From Thecamonas trahens ATCC 50062 (lineage: Eukaryota; Protista; Apusomonadida), in the NCBI RefSeq assembly GCF_000142905.1, contig NW_013657669.1, positions 124,001 through 188,000 of the forward strand: DNA of 64,000 nucleotides, in the 5' to 3' direction. A model generated the notes under the pieces. It saw only the letters and a list, made by a program, of their open reading frames with translations. It did no database searches and was not told the DNA's origin. Made by a program: the position numbers and the translations under genes. Position 1 is the stretch's first letter. Every line of letters starts with the position of its first letter. Positions 36,135 through 49,400 of this stretch are shown in pieces.

Positions 36135-37140
36135 TCAGTCACGATGGCTTCGGCGCTCGCCACCACGAGCACCGGAGCGGGAGCGGGAGTGATCGCGGCC
36201 ACTACCTCCGCTGGAGCGGGAGCGATTCCCACCCGACGCACCGCTGGCGCGATGGCGCGGGCGCGAGCGAGAGCGGGAGCGACGGGGCCCGCCGCTCCCG
36301 CGGCCTCCGCCACGGCCACGACCTCCGCCGCGGCCACGGCCTCCGCCGCCGGAGCGGCGCGAGCGCGGCTTGCGCTCCAGCTGCGGCGGGACGTCTTGAT
36401 CGGCAGACTTGAGAAAGTCGACAAGGGCGGCGCGGATGTCCTCGTGCGGATCGGAGGAGACAATGGAGAGGGCGGTGCCAGAGCGGCCGGAGCGGCCAGT
36501 CCGACCGATTCGGTGAACGTACTGCTCAAACTGGAAGGGAAAGTCGTAGTTGATGACGAGCGAGATGTCGGGCACGTCGAGGCCACGGGCAAGGACGTCA
36601 GTGGCGACCATGACGGCCGGTTGGCGGGCGCGCTTGAACTTTGCGAGCTCGCGGGTCCGCTGCGACTGGTTCTTGTCGCCGTGGACGACGGCGATGGTGG
36701 CGGCGTCGCCGAGCGCGTCGCGCAGGCCCTCCTCAATGGTGTCGCATGTGGTCTTGCGGTCGCAGAAGACAAGGGCCTTGGAGCCGGTGCCGAGGAGCTC
36801 GCGAGCGGCAGCGACATTGGCGTCCGACTGGACGTGCTCGTCGCCGATGCCGAGATGGCCGACGAGCGCCGTTCCGAGAGTGGCGTTCTTGTCTTTGGCA
36901 CCCGAGGCAAACGAAAAGTGCTGCGAAATCGAGGCAACAGCGGTGAGGACCGAGGCCTCGACGGCCTCAAAGCCGCGTGACGAGTACGGCGAGTCGGACG
37001 GGGCGACGGCAAGCGCGATGGGGTCATTCATCAGGTCGGACGTGAGCTTCTCGACTTGCTTGGCCCACGTGGCAGACCAGAGAAGCGTCGTCCGCTCCGG
37101 CCGAGTCTTGTCCATGATGGTCCGCACGTCGGCCTCAAAG

Positions 37141-37172
<32 letters not shown>

Positions 37173-38093
37173 AACGACCCACGAGACGCTCTGCAGCGGG
37201 AGCCAGCCGTCGGCGTGCAGATCGAGGAGACGGCCCGGCGTGGCAACCACCAAATGCGGCTCGTTCTCCTGCAGAGCCCGCATCTGCTTGCCCTTAGACT
37301 CGCCGCCAAAGACTGAGGCGACGCGGACGCCCGTCCCGCGGGTCACCCGCTTGGCCACGTCTGCGATTTGAGCAACGAGCTCGCGGGTGGGCGCAAGGAC
37401 GAGGCCAAGCGGCGGCGCGACCCACTCGTAGGCGTCGGCAAGGCGGACGCCGCCACGCCGGTGACGATCGCGCCTGCCGCGCCGCCCGCCGCGGCTCGGA
37501 CGCGCCCGGTCGCGGGCGACGGCCGAGAACGCCGGCTGAGCCGCAATGTGCGCCACGCCCGGCAGCAGATAGCCAAGCGTCTTGCCCGAGCCCGTGGCCG
37601 AGAGCGCCACCATATCGTGGCCCTTGAGCGCCAGCGGCCACCCGAGCGCCTGGATCGGCGTTGGCGTCGTCACGCCCTCCGCAGCCACGTTGGCAGCGAG
37701 CTGCGGCGGGAGAACGAGCTCGTTGAGCGCCGCCAGCGGGCGCGGCAGTGCCACGGGCTCTTGCTCGCCGTGCAGGCGCGAGCACGTGATGCGCGTCCCG
37801 CCGAGCACCACCGTAGCGGCGGCCTCGGCCTCAGCCTCGGCCGGGCCTGCGCCCGCGTCCGCCGCTGGCCCCTCGCCCGCGCCTGCGGCCTCGCCGCCAC
37901 CAGCGGCCAAAGATGGAGATGGCTCGTCAGGATGGGAGGATGGCGCGTGGCGCAGAACGTCCTTGACCACCGCCGCCGCCGCCTTCTGGGCCGTCGGGGA
38001 GATAGAAAGGATCGCCATCTGCCGCATGCTCCCGGCCGCGGCAATGCTTGCGGCTCTTGCTGCTGCGGATGCGCTCCAGCTCCACCTCAACAT
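36135..38093 (-). CDS. DEAD-box RNA helicase (DBP2/DDX5-like) with RGG/RS tail
   Basis: Q motif TPTPIQ, ATGSGKT, LAPTRELVAQI, ATPGRLLD, LDEADRMLDMGF, SAT, ATDVLARGLDV, YVHRIGRTGR; the N-terminus resembles a mitochondrial presequence. Confidence 0.92.
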
Positions 38094-38367
38094 GGCTTTG
38101 TGTGGAGTGGGTGAGTGCAATGGTGGGCCGGGAAGAGCACAGCGCGGCAGCTGCCAATGGTTGGCGGCCAATGGCCAATTACCGTCCGCCGCTTCTGGCT
38201 CCTCTCGGCCAAACAAGGGCGGGCAAGGGGCTTGCGCCAGCCTCGGCCGCCGATTGCTAGCCCCTGACCGCCGATGAGCTACAGCGCCACACACACACAA
38301 ACACACGCACACAAACACATTCTGCGTTCATTGCCATACGCCACCGCCCACGTGCTGGCCTAGTAGC

Positions 38368-39036
38368 CTAGTAGTAGTCGTCATCGGCAACGAGCTCGAG
38401 GCCGAGCTGGCGGCGGTGCTTGACGCGGGCGACATGCCGGCGCATGCGGGCCGACTGGGCCTGGGCCACTGGGCAGGCACCGGCGAGCGCCTCGACCTCG
38501 TGGACGCCGCCGACAATGCGGGCGTCGAGGGCGCCGAGGCCGCGGCTCCGGCGGGCGGCCGATCGCGCCATTCGCCGCCGATCGCGGGCGGCACCGGCCG
38601 GGCCGCGCGCGCCGACCCGGGTCACAGCCACCGACGTGCCTGTTGGCGAGAGAGCACGCCGAATGACGACCGATGCCTCTGGTACAGACTCGGGGTTCGA
38701 CACCATGGCCTGCGGCAACCAGCGCAGGTTGGCCGCCTTAGCCGCCTTGCGCTGCTGCCTTCGCCGTCGTCGATCGGCCTTCTCTTCCGCCGAGACCTCG
38801 ACCTGCGGCACAGCTGCAGGTATAAACGCCGCATAGGCCCGATATGCCGCCGTTTGCGGCGGTGGCTTGCCCATCAGCGTCGGCAAGCCGCCGCCGCCGC
38901 CTGCCTCGCCGGCGGTCGCGCCCTCGTCCACACGAGGCAGCAGCAGCGAGCGGAACGCCACCGACTCGGCCCGCCGCGTCCGCTGCGACAGGCTCTTGAC
39001 CGCCGAGTTGGGCCCCGACGTCACCGCGGCAGCCAT
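38368..39036 (-). CDS. Hypothetical basic protein
   Basis: ORF from the ATG at 39036 fills the space between two same-strand genes; no family recognised. Confidence 0.45.
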   Translation of the reverse strand: MAAAVTSGPNSAVKSLSQRTRRAESVAFRSLLLPRVDEGATAGEAGGGGGLPTLMGKPPPQTAAYRAYAAFIPAAVPQVEVSAEEKADRRRRRQQRKAAKAANLRWLPQAMVSNPESVPEASVVIRRALSPTGTSVAVTRVGARGPAGAARDRRRMARSAARRSRGLGALDARIVGGVHEVEALAGACPVAQAQSARMRRHVARVKHRRQLGLELVADDDYY

Positions 39037-39246
39037 GCTCGGTGCAGTCGAGACGGTCGAGTGTGCTCGCTTGCTTGCTCCTGCCTTCAAAGGGCCCGAG
39101 CTGAGCGTCCGCTAAACCGCGCGCAAGTCTGGCGCCCGCAACAGGGGAAACCTCCCGCCCCCCCTCCCACTCCAGCCATGCTATCTATCTCCATTTATCA
39201 ATCATCATCCATTCCGGCAACCCACGCGGCGCGGGCCCAGGATGGC

Positions 39247-40349
39247 CTACTCGTCGACCTCAGTGGCGGCGGGTGCAGGAACGGCGAGAGGGTGCGCTTC
39301 GAGATCGATGCCCTGGAACGAAACCTCGTGCACGAGCTTGCCGAGTTTGGTGAGATATGCTTCCGACTGGTTGCGGAAGGCTTCAGCGGCGCGGACTCGT
39401 GAGGCCATGGCGCCCATGGCAACGTCCATCGACGCCTCCATGACGTCGGCAGGACCCTTGACGGTGACAACGCCGCTTGCCGCGGCCGCGCCGCCTTCGG
39501 CAGCCTGCTCCAGCGCCGCCATCGCCAGCGGGCAGTTTTGCTGCAAATACGCCAGATCTTCGGGCGTGAGGAATGCCGGCGCCACCGTTGAGCCCAGATC
39601 CTCGACCCACGCGGGGACCTGGGCCGACACTCCCGCGCCCGACGGCGTCTGCAGCGAGCCTTCGATCTCACTCCACTGCGCCTTCTCAGCCTCAAGACCG
39701 TCCAACACCGCCCGGAGCTTGTCGCGCGCAGCTTCGAGCTTGCCCAGCCGAGTCGTCGGCTCGGCCGCCTTGGCAAGCCGCCGGCGGCGGCCGCCGCGTT
39801 GCCGCCGGTCGAGCGCCGCCGCAAACTCGGCCTTGGCTGCGTCCGACGTCAGCGCCGCATACGCGCCGTCGGCCGCAGCCTTGATAGCTGCCCGCACCTC
39901 GTCCGCCGCCAGCACTGCCGCATTGGCCGCCGCCTCCGCCGCCGCCTTGGGCCCTAGCGACGACGCCTGCGCAAACTCGGCGTCGGCGCCAGATTCGAGC
40001 CTGCTCTCCACCTTGTCCAGCGCCTGCGTCATCGCGTGGCCAAGCAGCAGCGCCCACCGGTTCGACGGCGTCTCCTCTGCCGGCACCACCGAGCACAGCA
40101 GTGGCTTGGCCTTTTTGAACCCGGCAAGTGACCGCGGCGGCTCGTCGCCCTTGCGCTTCCGCCCGCCGCCCTGTCGTCCAGCCGTCTGTCCGCAACACCT
40201 TGGTGAGCCACTGCGCCCGCATGGCACCCTCTCTACCCACCCTGCGCCCTACCTACATAGCACTCCACCCCTTGCCTTCACTCCCTGCATGCTGCCCTTC
40301 TCTGGGCCCGCTGCACCCCGCTGCACCCTCGGCCGCGTACCGACGACAT
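39247..40349 (-). CDS. Putative kinetochore Dsn1/Mis13-like protein; micro-exon 40349-40341 plus exon 40170-39247
   Basis: ATG TCG TCG|GTACGC...GACAG|GGC GGC; VPAEETPSNRWALLLGHAMTQAL, KLRAVLDGLEAEKAQWSEI and the C-terminal helix pattern resemble Dsn1 (recognised by eye only). Confidence 0.55.
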
Positions 40350-40591
40350 TGCGCGCCAAAAGATCGAGCAACGAGAAGTGGCTAAAGCCGAGGTCAAGGC
40401 CAACACGGCCCAAGCCAAGCAGCCACCGTTCATCATTTCCCTCCCCCCCACTAGCTCGCTCCTAGGCAACGTAGATCCTCGATACCGCAGTACTGTGCAA
40501 TACCGTGCATATGAGCGTGTTATGGGCAGAAAGAACAGAGACGACACGGGGGCCAATACGAGGGTGCAGGCACCCAGGCGGGCAGCTACGG

Positions 40592-41585
<994 letters not shown>

Positions 41586-41747
41586 TCAGCCAGCCCTGTG
41601 TCGCGCCGCCTTCCTCCGCGACCGTCGCACCCCAAACGAGCAGCAGCCTGCTGCCGGCCGCCGGCTGTCGACTGCCGGCCGGCCGCGCCTCTAGCCTCGG
41701 CGCGCTCTCGGCGCCAAACTTGGCTCTCCCTGCGCTCGCGCCGCTCC

Positions 41748-43604
41748 ATGACCACGGCACAGCTTGTCCAGGTCCAGGCTCTACTCTCGGGTGGCGACCC
41801 GCACTCTGCAGCCGCGCTGGGCGCCTTGGTCGCCGCGTCGGCGTCGCGGACTCCGTTTGCAGCGCGGACAGCGGCGGTGGCGGCTGCCGCTGCCACCGCC
41901 GCCGCCTCTGCTCCGCCGCTGCCGCGGGTCTCGCCATGGGCGGCGCTCTCGTCTGCACCCAGTGCTCCCGGAACTACCGCAGCCGCATCGGCGTATACTC
42001 GCGCGCTCTCACTTGCCGGCCCCGACGCCTCGCCCGAGCTGCTGTTCGACGCTGCTGCCGCCTTTGCTGCCGCCCGCCTCTGGCGCCGTGCCGCCGAGGC
42101 CCTGGCTCTCGTCCCGTTTGCCAGCCGCTCGCTGGCGGCGCACCTGCTCGCCGGATCGCTCTCGCGCGTCCTTCACGACGCCGCCGCCGCCCGCGATGCT
42201 TACACTGCTGCTCTCGACGCCAACGCCTACGCTCTCGACGCCATCGACGCCCTCGCCGAGCTGGGCGTCCCGGCCACCGAGCTCAAGGCCCATCTTGGCG
42301 ACGCCCTCGCAGCCTCGCCGCCGCCGCGCGCCCCGGCTTCACGCCTCCGCCCACAGGGCAGCAACAACGAGGACGACGACGATGACGAGCTCCATTGGTC
42401 AGACTCGGACGAGGACCGCGAGCCGGCGCCCGGATCGTGCGTCCCGCCCTCGTGGCTCGGCCTTTATGCCGACGCTGCCGCCGCCTACTGGTCGCACGAC
42501 TTTGACCGCGCCGCCGAGGCCTACGGCTCGCTGCTGAGCCTCTTCCCGGCGTGCGTCGCCTTTAAGCGCCGCCTTGCCGCTGCTCTCTGGAACGCCGGCG
42601 CCGGCCACGACGCCCTCGCCCACTTTGCCGCCTCGGTCGACGCCGCGCCGAGCGAGCCCGAGTCTGTCGACCTCTACGCTCTTGCTCTCTACGAAGCCAA
42701 AGACAAGGCCACCCTTGCTACGCTCGCTAATCGCCTTCTTGATGCCGCTGCCACCCCGTCCGGCCTCTGGCCTGCCGATCCCGCCGGAGAGCTCGGCGAG
42801 CCGCGCCGCGCCGCCAAAGCTGGCGCACCCGCCATTCTCGTCGGCCTCGCCGCCCCGCAGCACCTCGTTGCCGTCGCCGTCTTCTTTGCCGCCACTGACC
42901 GCATTGCCACCGCGAAGAAGCTGCTCGAACGCGCGGCCGTCATCGACCCGCACCACGCTACCACTCACATCGCCCGCGGCCGCATCGCCATGTCCAACAC
43001 CAAGTACTCGGCCCGTCCTTCCTTTGTTGCCGCAAATTACGCCCGCGGCGGCTCAGACCCGACCATCCCGCCTGCTAAGGGCGAGACACCGCGCTTCCCG
43101 CACCCGGGCGTTCTTGACGGCATCGTCGCTGCAAACATGGCCATCTTTGAGTTCCGCGGCGCGCTCGCTGCCGCAAAATGCGCTCTCTACCTCGCTCCAG
43201 AGTCGCCGCAGTCGCTCACTCTTGTCGCCACTGTCCTCGGCTCGCGGAAGGAGGGCCGGGCCAAGGCCGAGTCTCTTCTCCTCGCCGCCATCGAGCGCGC
43301 CCCGCGCTATCACCGCCCGCTCGAGCTCCTCGTTGACCTTTACGTCGTTGACGAGCGCTTCGACGACGCCATCGCCCTCCTCCGCGACTCGTTGCAGGCC
43401 TCGGTCCACTCGGCCCAGCTCCTCCACACCCTCCTCGGCGAGGTCCTCACCGAGGCTGGCTCGCTCAATGAGGCCCTCGTCCACTACCACCTCGCTGTCT
43501 CACTCGACCCGTCGTCTGAGCGCGCCTCGCTTGGCCTCGAGCGTCTGGATGCCCTCATCTCGGGCGACGACGGCGACGACGTCACCGCCAGCCCACCCGA
43601 GTAG
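41748..43604 (+). CDS. ANAPC7: TPR protein, anaphase-promoting complex subunit 7-like
   Basis: TPR helices; the C-terminus (LHTLLGEVL...EALVHYHLAVSLDPSSERASLGLERL) matches the APC7 pattern; SVDLYALAL. Confidence 0.78.
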   Translation: MTTAQLVQVQALLSGGDPHSAAALGALVAASASRTPFAARTAAVAAAAATAAASAPPLPRVSPWAALSSAPSAPGTTAAASAYTRALSLAGPDASPELLFDAAAAFAAARLWRRAAEALALVPFASRSLAAHLLAGSLSRVLHDAAAARDAYTAALDANAYALDAIDALAELGVPATELKAHLGDALAASPPPRAPASRLRPQGSNNEDDDDDELHWSDSDEDREPAPGSCVPPSWLGLYADAAAAYWSHDFDRAAEAYGSLLSLFPACVAFKRRLAAALWNAGAGHDALAHFAASVDAAPSEPESVDLYALALYEAKDKATLATLANRLLDAAATPSGLWPADPAGELGEPRRAAKAGAPAILVGLAAPQHLVAVAVFFAATDRIATAKKLLERAAVIDPHHATTHIARGRIAMSNTKYSARPSFVAANYARGGSDPTIPPAKGETPRFPHPGVLDGIVAANMAIFEFRGALAAAKCALYLAPESPQSLTLVATVLGSRKEGRAKAESLLLAAIERAPRYHRPLELLVDLYVVDERFDDAIALLRDSLQASVHSAQLLHTLLGEVLTEAGSLNEALVHYHLAVSLDPSSERASLGLERLDALISGDDGDDVTASPPE

Positions 43605-43621
43605 CCGCAAACAGTCTGGCG

Positions 43622-44973
43622 TCATTCTCTTGCTGCCGCTGCCTGCGCTGTAAAGTTGTACCATGTCTCGGCGTCTTTGTGGACCCAGCTCGACCACTCG
43701 CACACGCCCTCCACAACGTGCGCATCAAGCGCCGACTTCGCTGCCCGCGCCGGACCGTCCAGCCCCATAAACGCCTTGTACGGCACCTCGTAAACACTCT
43801 CGACGCCGGCTTTCGCCGCCAGCACCGCCGCCCGCTCGGGAAACACACTCTCCAATGCCGCCACAAACCGCGCCAGCATCAGCGCAGGCGAAACAGGTGA
43901 CGCAGAGCTGAGATTCTTGGCCTTGGCCTTGGTCGTCCCGAGCAGCCGACCCCGCGCCCCGAGCACAGCATGCGACGACCACCGCGAACCTGTAGCCGCC
44001 CGTTCGCGCCTCCGCCACGCAACCACACTCGCTCCAGTCGTTGTCAGCTCGTCAGCGTCATATCCACCGACGGTGGTCAGTGCCGCCCGTGATGCTGCAA
44101 ACGTTGCCGCTGGCGCCGCAGCAACAACAGGCACCGCCACGCCTGGTGGAAGGAGAGCGGCAACCCGGGTAACCAGCGCTCGCTCGAGCGCCTGGCGATC
44201 AAACAACTCACCGACAACAATCGACGAGAGCCGAATCGGTGCCACCAAGCTGCCCAACAGCGTGCCCTGCATGCCCAGCGCTACCCACCGCGCGATCTTG
44301 TCCGAGCACGACATCGACTGTGATGGCTCGCCGCGCCCAGGCTTGGTCCGCAGCAGGCCCGGAGTATGGTACCCGGTACCAGGCTCCTTGGCATCGCCGC
44401 TCGCCCCACCTACAGCCCGTGCCCCGGTCCGCTGCATGTCCAGGCCCTTGAACTTTTTGGCCACGCCGCCCCCTGCGCCACCGCCTTGCGCTTCGACGCC
44501 GGTGCGTACGAGACCGCCGACGCGGCGTCGGTCACAAAGATGGACGCGTCGCCGCATGGCGTCTGTGACACGTACAGATGCACATACTGCTGAGGACCAA
44601 GCTCGACGAGCGGTGCGCCCGGATCGCTTGCCGCAGCGCCGGGAATCGGGACTAGCTCCACCACGCCCTCGCCGCTCAGCGCGTCGATGAGCGCAGCTTG
44701 CAGCGCGCGCTTGGCGGCAACCTCGGCGTGCGCATCGACCAGCGAGCCGCCATCTGCAGCCATCCGCCCCGGCGGCAGGCACTTGGTCCCTGTCCCCATC
44801 GCCAACACCGTCACTTCGTCGGCGTCCGAGACCTCGGACAGCGGCACAGGCGTGACTGCCCAGCCCGCCAGCACCGTCCACTCGTGCCCGCTCGGCTTGC
44901 CCTTGCGCGGCAGCTCGTCGTACGCCGCACACACTGCCGCCGCCAGGACCTCGGCCCCACCTGCTACTGCCAT
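43622..44973 (-). CDS. ADAT1: tRNA-specific adenosine deaminase (ADAT1/Tad1; A_deamin domain, no dsRBD); apparent -1 frameshift at ~44470
   Basis: LPRKGKP..EWTVLAG, MGTGTKCL, DAHAEVAAKR, PCGDASI, then in the shifted frame LRTKPGRGEPSQSMSCSDKIARW. Confidence 0.88.
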
Positions 44974-45148
44974 CCGCCTCGGGCACTGTCTTTATGCCTC
45001 GGCACAGTGAGGTGTGCTCCCCGTTGCCGGCGGCGGCTCCTCACCTCCGACTCACCGCTCAGCCGCTGTCACTCTTGCTCGTCGCAATCGGGTTCTAGGC
45101 AAGATGCAGCCTTTGATGTTTGATGCAAGCGTACGGAACTTGTGCTCG

Positions 45149-45429
45149 TCACTGGGAGTGGAGGATGACATGCGGCTTGCCGCCGCGCATCAGCACGTCC
45201 GTTTCCGAGCTCGAGCTCGGGCTAGAATCCGAGGTTGGGTAGCCCAAGTTCGCGTCCAAGAACTTGTCACCCATTTGATCGTAACAACGACGGCGACGGC
45301 GATGACTGCGTGTCTTCGCATTGCTGGTCGAATACGAATCGGATTGGGAATCAGTCGGCATCTGACTTGACGTCGACGATGAAAACGACGACGACGACAA
45401 CGACGACGATGAAAACGACGACGATGAAA

Positions 45430-45470
<41 letters not shown>

Positions 45471-46063
45471 CCCGACATCGATACACTAGCAAACCACAGC
45501 CGACGTTGATCTGCCGGCCGCGTCGAGGAACAGTTATCGTCACTCGTGTCACTGCTGGTATGGCGAGGCATGCGAAAGCTATCACGTCTGGATTGCGGTA
45601 CATAGCCATTGCGTCCAGGCCTAGGCGGTGATGATGATGGGCGGCGGTCGTTGCTGCTGACCGAGCTCCCATCCCAGCTGGACTCTCCCATGTGAAGAAG
45701 CTCGAGCGACGTTCGGCGCATCAGGCCGCGCGCTTGGCGCTTGGACGAAGGCTCGCCGTCGTCGCTGCCCCTCCGCTTCCGCTTGGACGTGTGCTGGGAG
45801 CTACCATTCGGCGACGGAGACTCCTCGATGGGATCGGTCGGCGCGCTCGGCTGGCTCTGCGAAAACGGCGCATCCCGCGGCGTTACTGTCTCAGCCTCGG
45901 CCTCTACCGCCGCCCCACACAAACTCGCTGAACGGTCCTCGACCCCGATACTGCTGCTACCCCCCGGCGTAAAGGGCGTCATACTAGTCACATCGCTATA
46001 ACGGAAAGGTTGCAAGGCCTCATTGCCGTCGCTGCTGTGGGCAGTTCCGGTAGAACGGGACAT
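45149..46063 (-). CDS. Hypothetical low-complexity Ser-rich protein with NLS-like basic clusters
   Basis: ORF of ~300 aa (ATG at 46063) with SKRKRRGS and a poly-Ser run from (GAC)n; no domain recognised. Confidence 0.4.
45375..45470. repeat. (GAC)n / gatgaaaacgac compound microsatellite
   Basis: Directly visible. Confidence 0.85.
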
Positions 46064-46435
46064 TCCCAACGGTCGTTTCGAGCTCAAGCCGGGCACAGAT
46101 ACCACCGCCACCCACGCCCCACGCACTTCAGCCTTCGTTAGCCTTGCTACAAAGCTAGTTTTGCAGTGTATAAGCGTGTTTGTGTGCTTGTGCTTGTGTG
46201 TGTGTGTGTGTGTGTGTGTGGTGGGCGTGCGGGTGTGGGGCGGGGGGAGGAGTGGTGGAGTCTCCTCATCCCGGCGACTTTATTCTCTTTTTTTTGTCAA
46301 CCACCTCATCCGACGGCACACTTGCAGGGCACACAGGCCGCCAAGGAACGTTGCCAGGTCAATGCGACTGGCCGTTACGCATCCGACATCTTATCGCCTT
46401 CCCTAGCACACTCGTCTCGTCAAGCTAAGCGGTCC

Positions 46436-49400
46436 ATGTCGGCACGCACTACTACGACCGGTAAGCGGCGCAGGTCTTTGACGCCCTCAGCCGGGAATAA
46501 GAAGCAACGCACGCTTGGCTCGCCTGCGCGCAACAGCGGCACGCCACCGAGCTCGGAGAACGGGCCCCTGACGACTTCCATCAAGAACTTCTCAAACTTG
46601 GCCGTTGTCACTGACCAGCGTTGTGGGCTTTGTGTCCGCATCAGGGTGCGCGACATGGAGACCTCGCATCGGACTCTGCTTCGCAAAGCCGCAGCCGACC
46701 GTGGCCATGCGTTTGAGGCCAAGTGCGTCAAGGAGCTCGGCAAGCATGTGCTGAGCGATAGCAATCTCATCGATGCCTGCCCGCCTCCTACTTTTGTGCT
46801 CTCTGGCAACTCTAACTACGACGATTCGGGCGGCCTGCAGCTCCTGATCATGGGCGTTGAGATAGCCACCTCTGTCGCCGGATCAGCAACACCTGGTGTC
46901 GACTTGCCGCTCCCGGGTACAGTCTTTGTCGCCAATCCCAAGTTCCATGGCATGTTCTACAGCGCTGATGACGACGTCCTTCACGACTTTGGTGAGCTAG
47001 TGAACAGCATGTGGGAGCCCGATGTGCTCGTGCTGCGGATACGCGACGACAGGGTGTGCGAAGTCGCCGTCTGCGACATCAAGGCCACCGAGACCCACCG
47101 CTGCTCGCACATTGTCCAGGTCTGGCTGTACGTCACCCAGCTCCAGCGCCTTTTGGCCAACACCAGCATCATCGAGGGCAATGCGACGACGCCCTTAAGT
47201 AATCGCTTTGCCGTCTCGGACACCGCCTACATCTGGCGGCCGAGCGGAGTTGACCCAGTCTACCTCCCACCGCTCGCTAAGAGCATCGACGCCAAGCTGA
47301 AATTCGTCTCTCAACAGCTATCGTATGAGGCAGACACCGAGGCGTCGTACAACCTCGGCCCCTCTTGCTGCGACCCGAGCAAATCGGTGAGCTTCCCATG
47401 CCGCGATCGCGCAAAGTGCGATGGCCGCGTCGCCGCTTACCCACATCCCGCCCGCGATCCCGAAGCCTGCAACGCTGACACTACCGTGCGAGCGGCAATT
47501 GCCGAACATGAGCCCAAGGCCTACTTTGGGGCGCGCTCGACGATGCTGCCCGCCATGGGGGGCGACTTCCCCACCGCGAGGCTGGTCTGCGCCGTTCTCC
47601 CGCGGTGCCCGCGGAGCGACGCGCCATACTCATGGGCCCTTTGCTCCACCAACACTACATATCCCAAGCCAAAGGTCTATCTCGGTGAGCCTGCTCGGAA
47701 CATGGACGATGTGCACGCGGCTGAAGCAAGATCGTCGATGATCCCCAACTCGGCGATTGCGCTCGTCAGGGCTCTGTCGGAGTTGTTTGGTTTTGAGAAC
47801 AACACGGCCTCCATTTTCCGGGGGCAGATTGTGGTTGCTTCCGGCCGTGAGAAGGAGGTCATGATCTCGATGCTCAAGACGGTCGCCACCGCCGATGCTG
47901 GCCTCGACTGTGGCGGGCGCCGCATCTGTACCCAGGCCCGCCATCTGCTCGCCAACTTTGCCCGCGAGGTCGACACCGCAGCTGTGATCACCCAGCCTTC
48001 CCCGAGGCTGTGTCGCGACTCTGCCCTCCCCACCGTTGTCGTCCTCGAGCATGCGGTCCGCGAGCTGGTTGCCCTCCCTGCCATCGGCATATACAACTTT
48101 TCCGACATTGCGATGTTTCTGGGCGGAATCGACGCAGAGTTAGCGCACAAGCTCGACGATGACGCCGAGCCATATACGCTCTGTCACCCCGAGTCGAGGG
48201 GCGCAGGCGCTGCAAAGAAGTACTTTGTCAACAAGGCCAACGCCATCATGGCCTCGATCACCAAACTCCGCGAGCTTGCCACTGAGAAGGCTTTTTGCAT
48301 GCCAGCGCCGATCATCCAGGCTGTGCACAAGGAGAACACCAGGCCTTCGCGCAGTGAAATGCTCTTGTACCTCTCCCGGGCCAATGTCTTTGCCAACCAG
48401 GCTCTAGTGTGGCGCCACGCAACTCAGATGCATGCGCTTGTTGCCGGCCAAGCCCTGCCTCCTGCCGTAGGCATCTCCTCAGCCCGCTGCATCGTCGGGA
48501 GGGTCTCCGAGGTGTATAGCGGCGGAAAGGCCGAGATCGAGGTCACATACGGTGGACACTACGCGGAGGTGGACGAAGGCTGGTTTGCGTGGACGGCCGA
48601 CTCGAGCAATTTCTCGTCGCCTGCGCTGCCTGGCAACGTCGACATCATTGATGTCCAACTTAACCGTCTCACCATCACGCCTACAGGCAACATCAGTCTG
48701 ACGCACAACACAAGGATCGGCCTTATCAAGCCGCAATTCAACTTTGACACGTACGTGGAAGAGCAGCTGAAGCTCGGTGACGCAGCGAACAGCGCGATCG
48801 AGGACGTTGTGACTGCCGGCGAGGGTGTCCAGGTCTTGACGCGAACTCTCATCCCCACGTACAACCGAGCCAAGGTTGTCAACGACATTGCTGCGCTCAC
48901 GCGGGTCCATCCTATTCTGCTGGATGAGACCCAGAAGACCGCCATCACCAACTGCTGCGTCAAGCCCGGTGGCGTGTCGGTCATCTTTGGCCCGCCCGGA
49001 ACCGGTAAGACCCACACCACGCTCATCCTGCTGCTGATCATGGCCCAGACTCAGCCCTACCGGCTCAAAGTCCTCTTTGTGGCGCGGAACAATGTTGCGG
49101 TGATAGGAGCAAAAACCAAGTTCGATAAGCTGAAGGGCTCGGCAAAGAAGGCCGGGTTGAGGATCGACATCGACGTCACCTTTCGCACGGCGTACAAGGC
49201 CGGCAAGGAGTTGGGCGAGGACAAGCGCAAGCTGCGAAGCATGGATGTGGTGTTTGTGGAAGAGGCGTCGCTGCTGTCGATGTGGACAATGGCGCCGGTG
49301 CTGGCATGGCGCAAGCTGACCGGGCGGATCATTCTGCTGGGCGACTTTAAGCAGCTTCCGCCCATCTGCGCGCTCGAGCCCATAACGCCCGAGGTCCGCG

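Noticed and set aside
43622-44973. ADAR (mRNA editing enzyme) call
   Set aside because: No dsRNA-binding domain; the N-terminal GKP..EWTVLA and the overall size fit ADAT1/Tad1.
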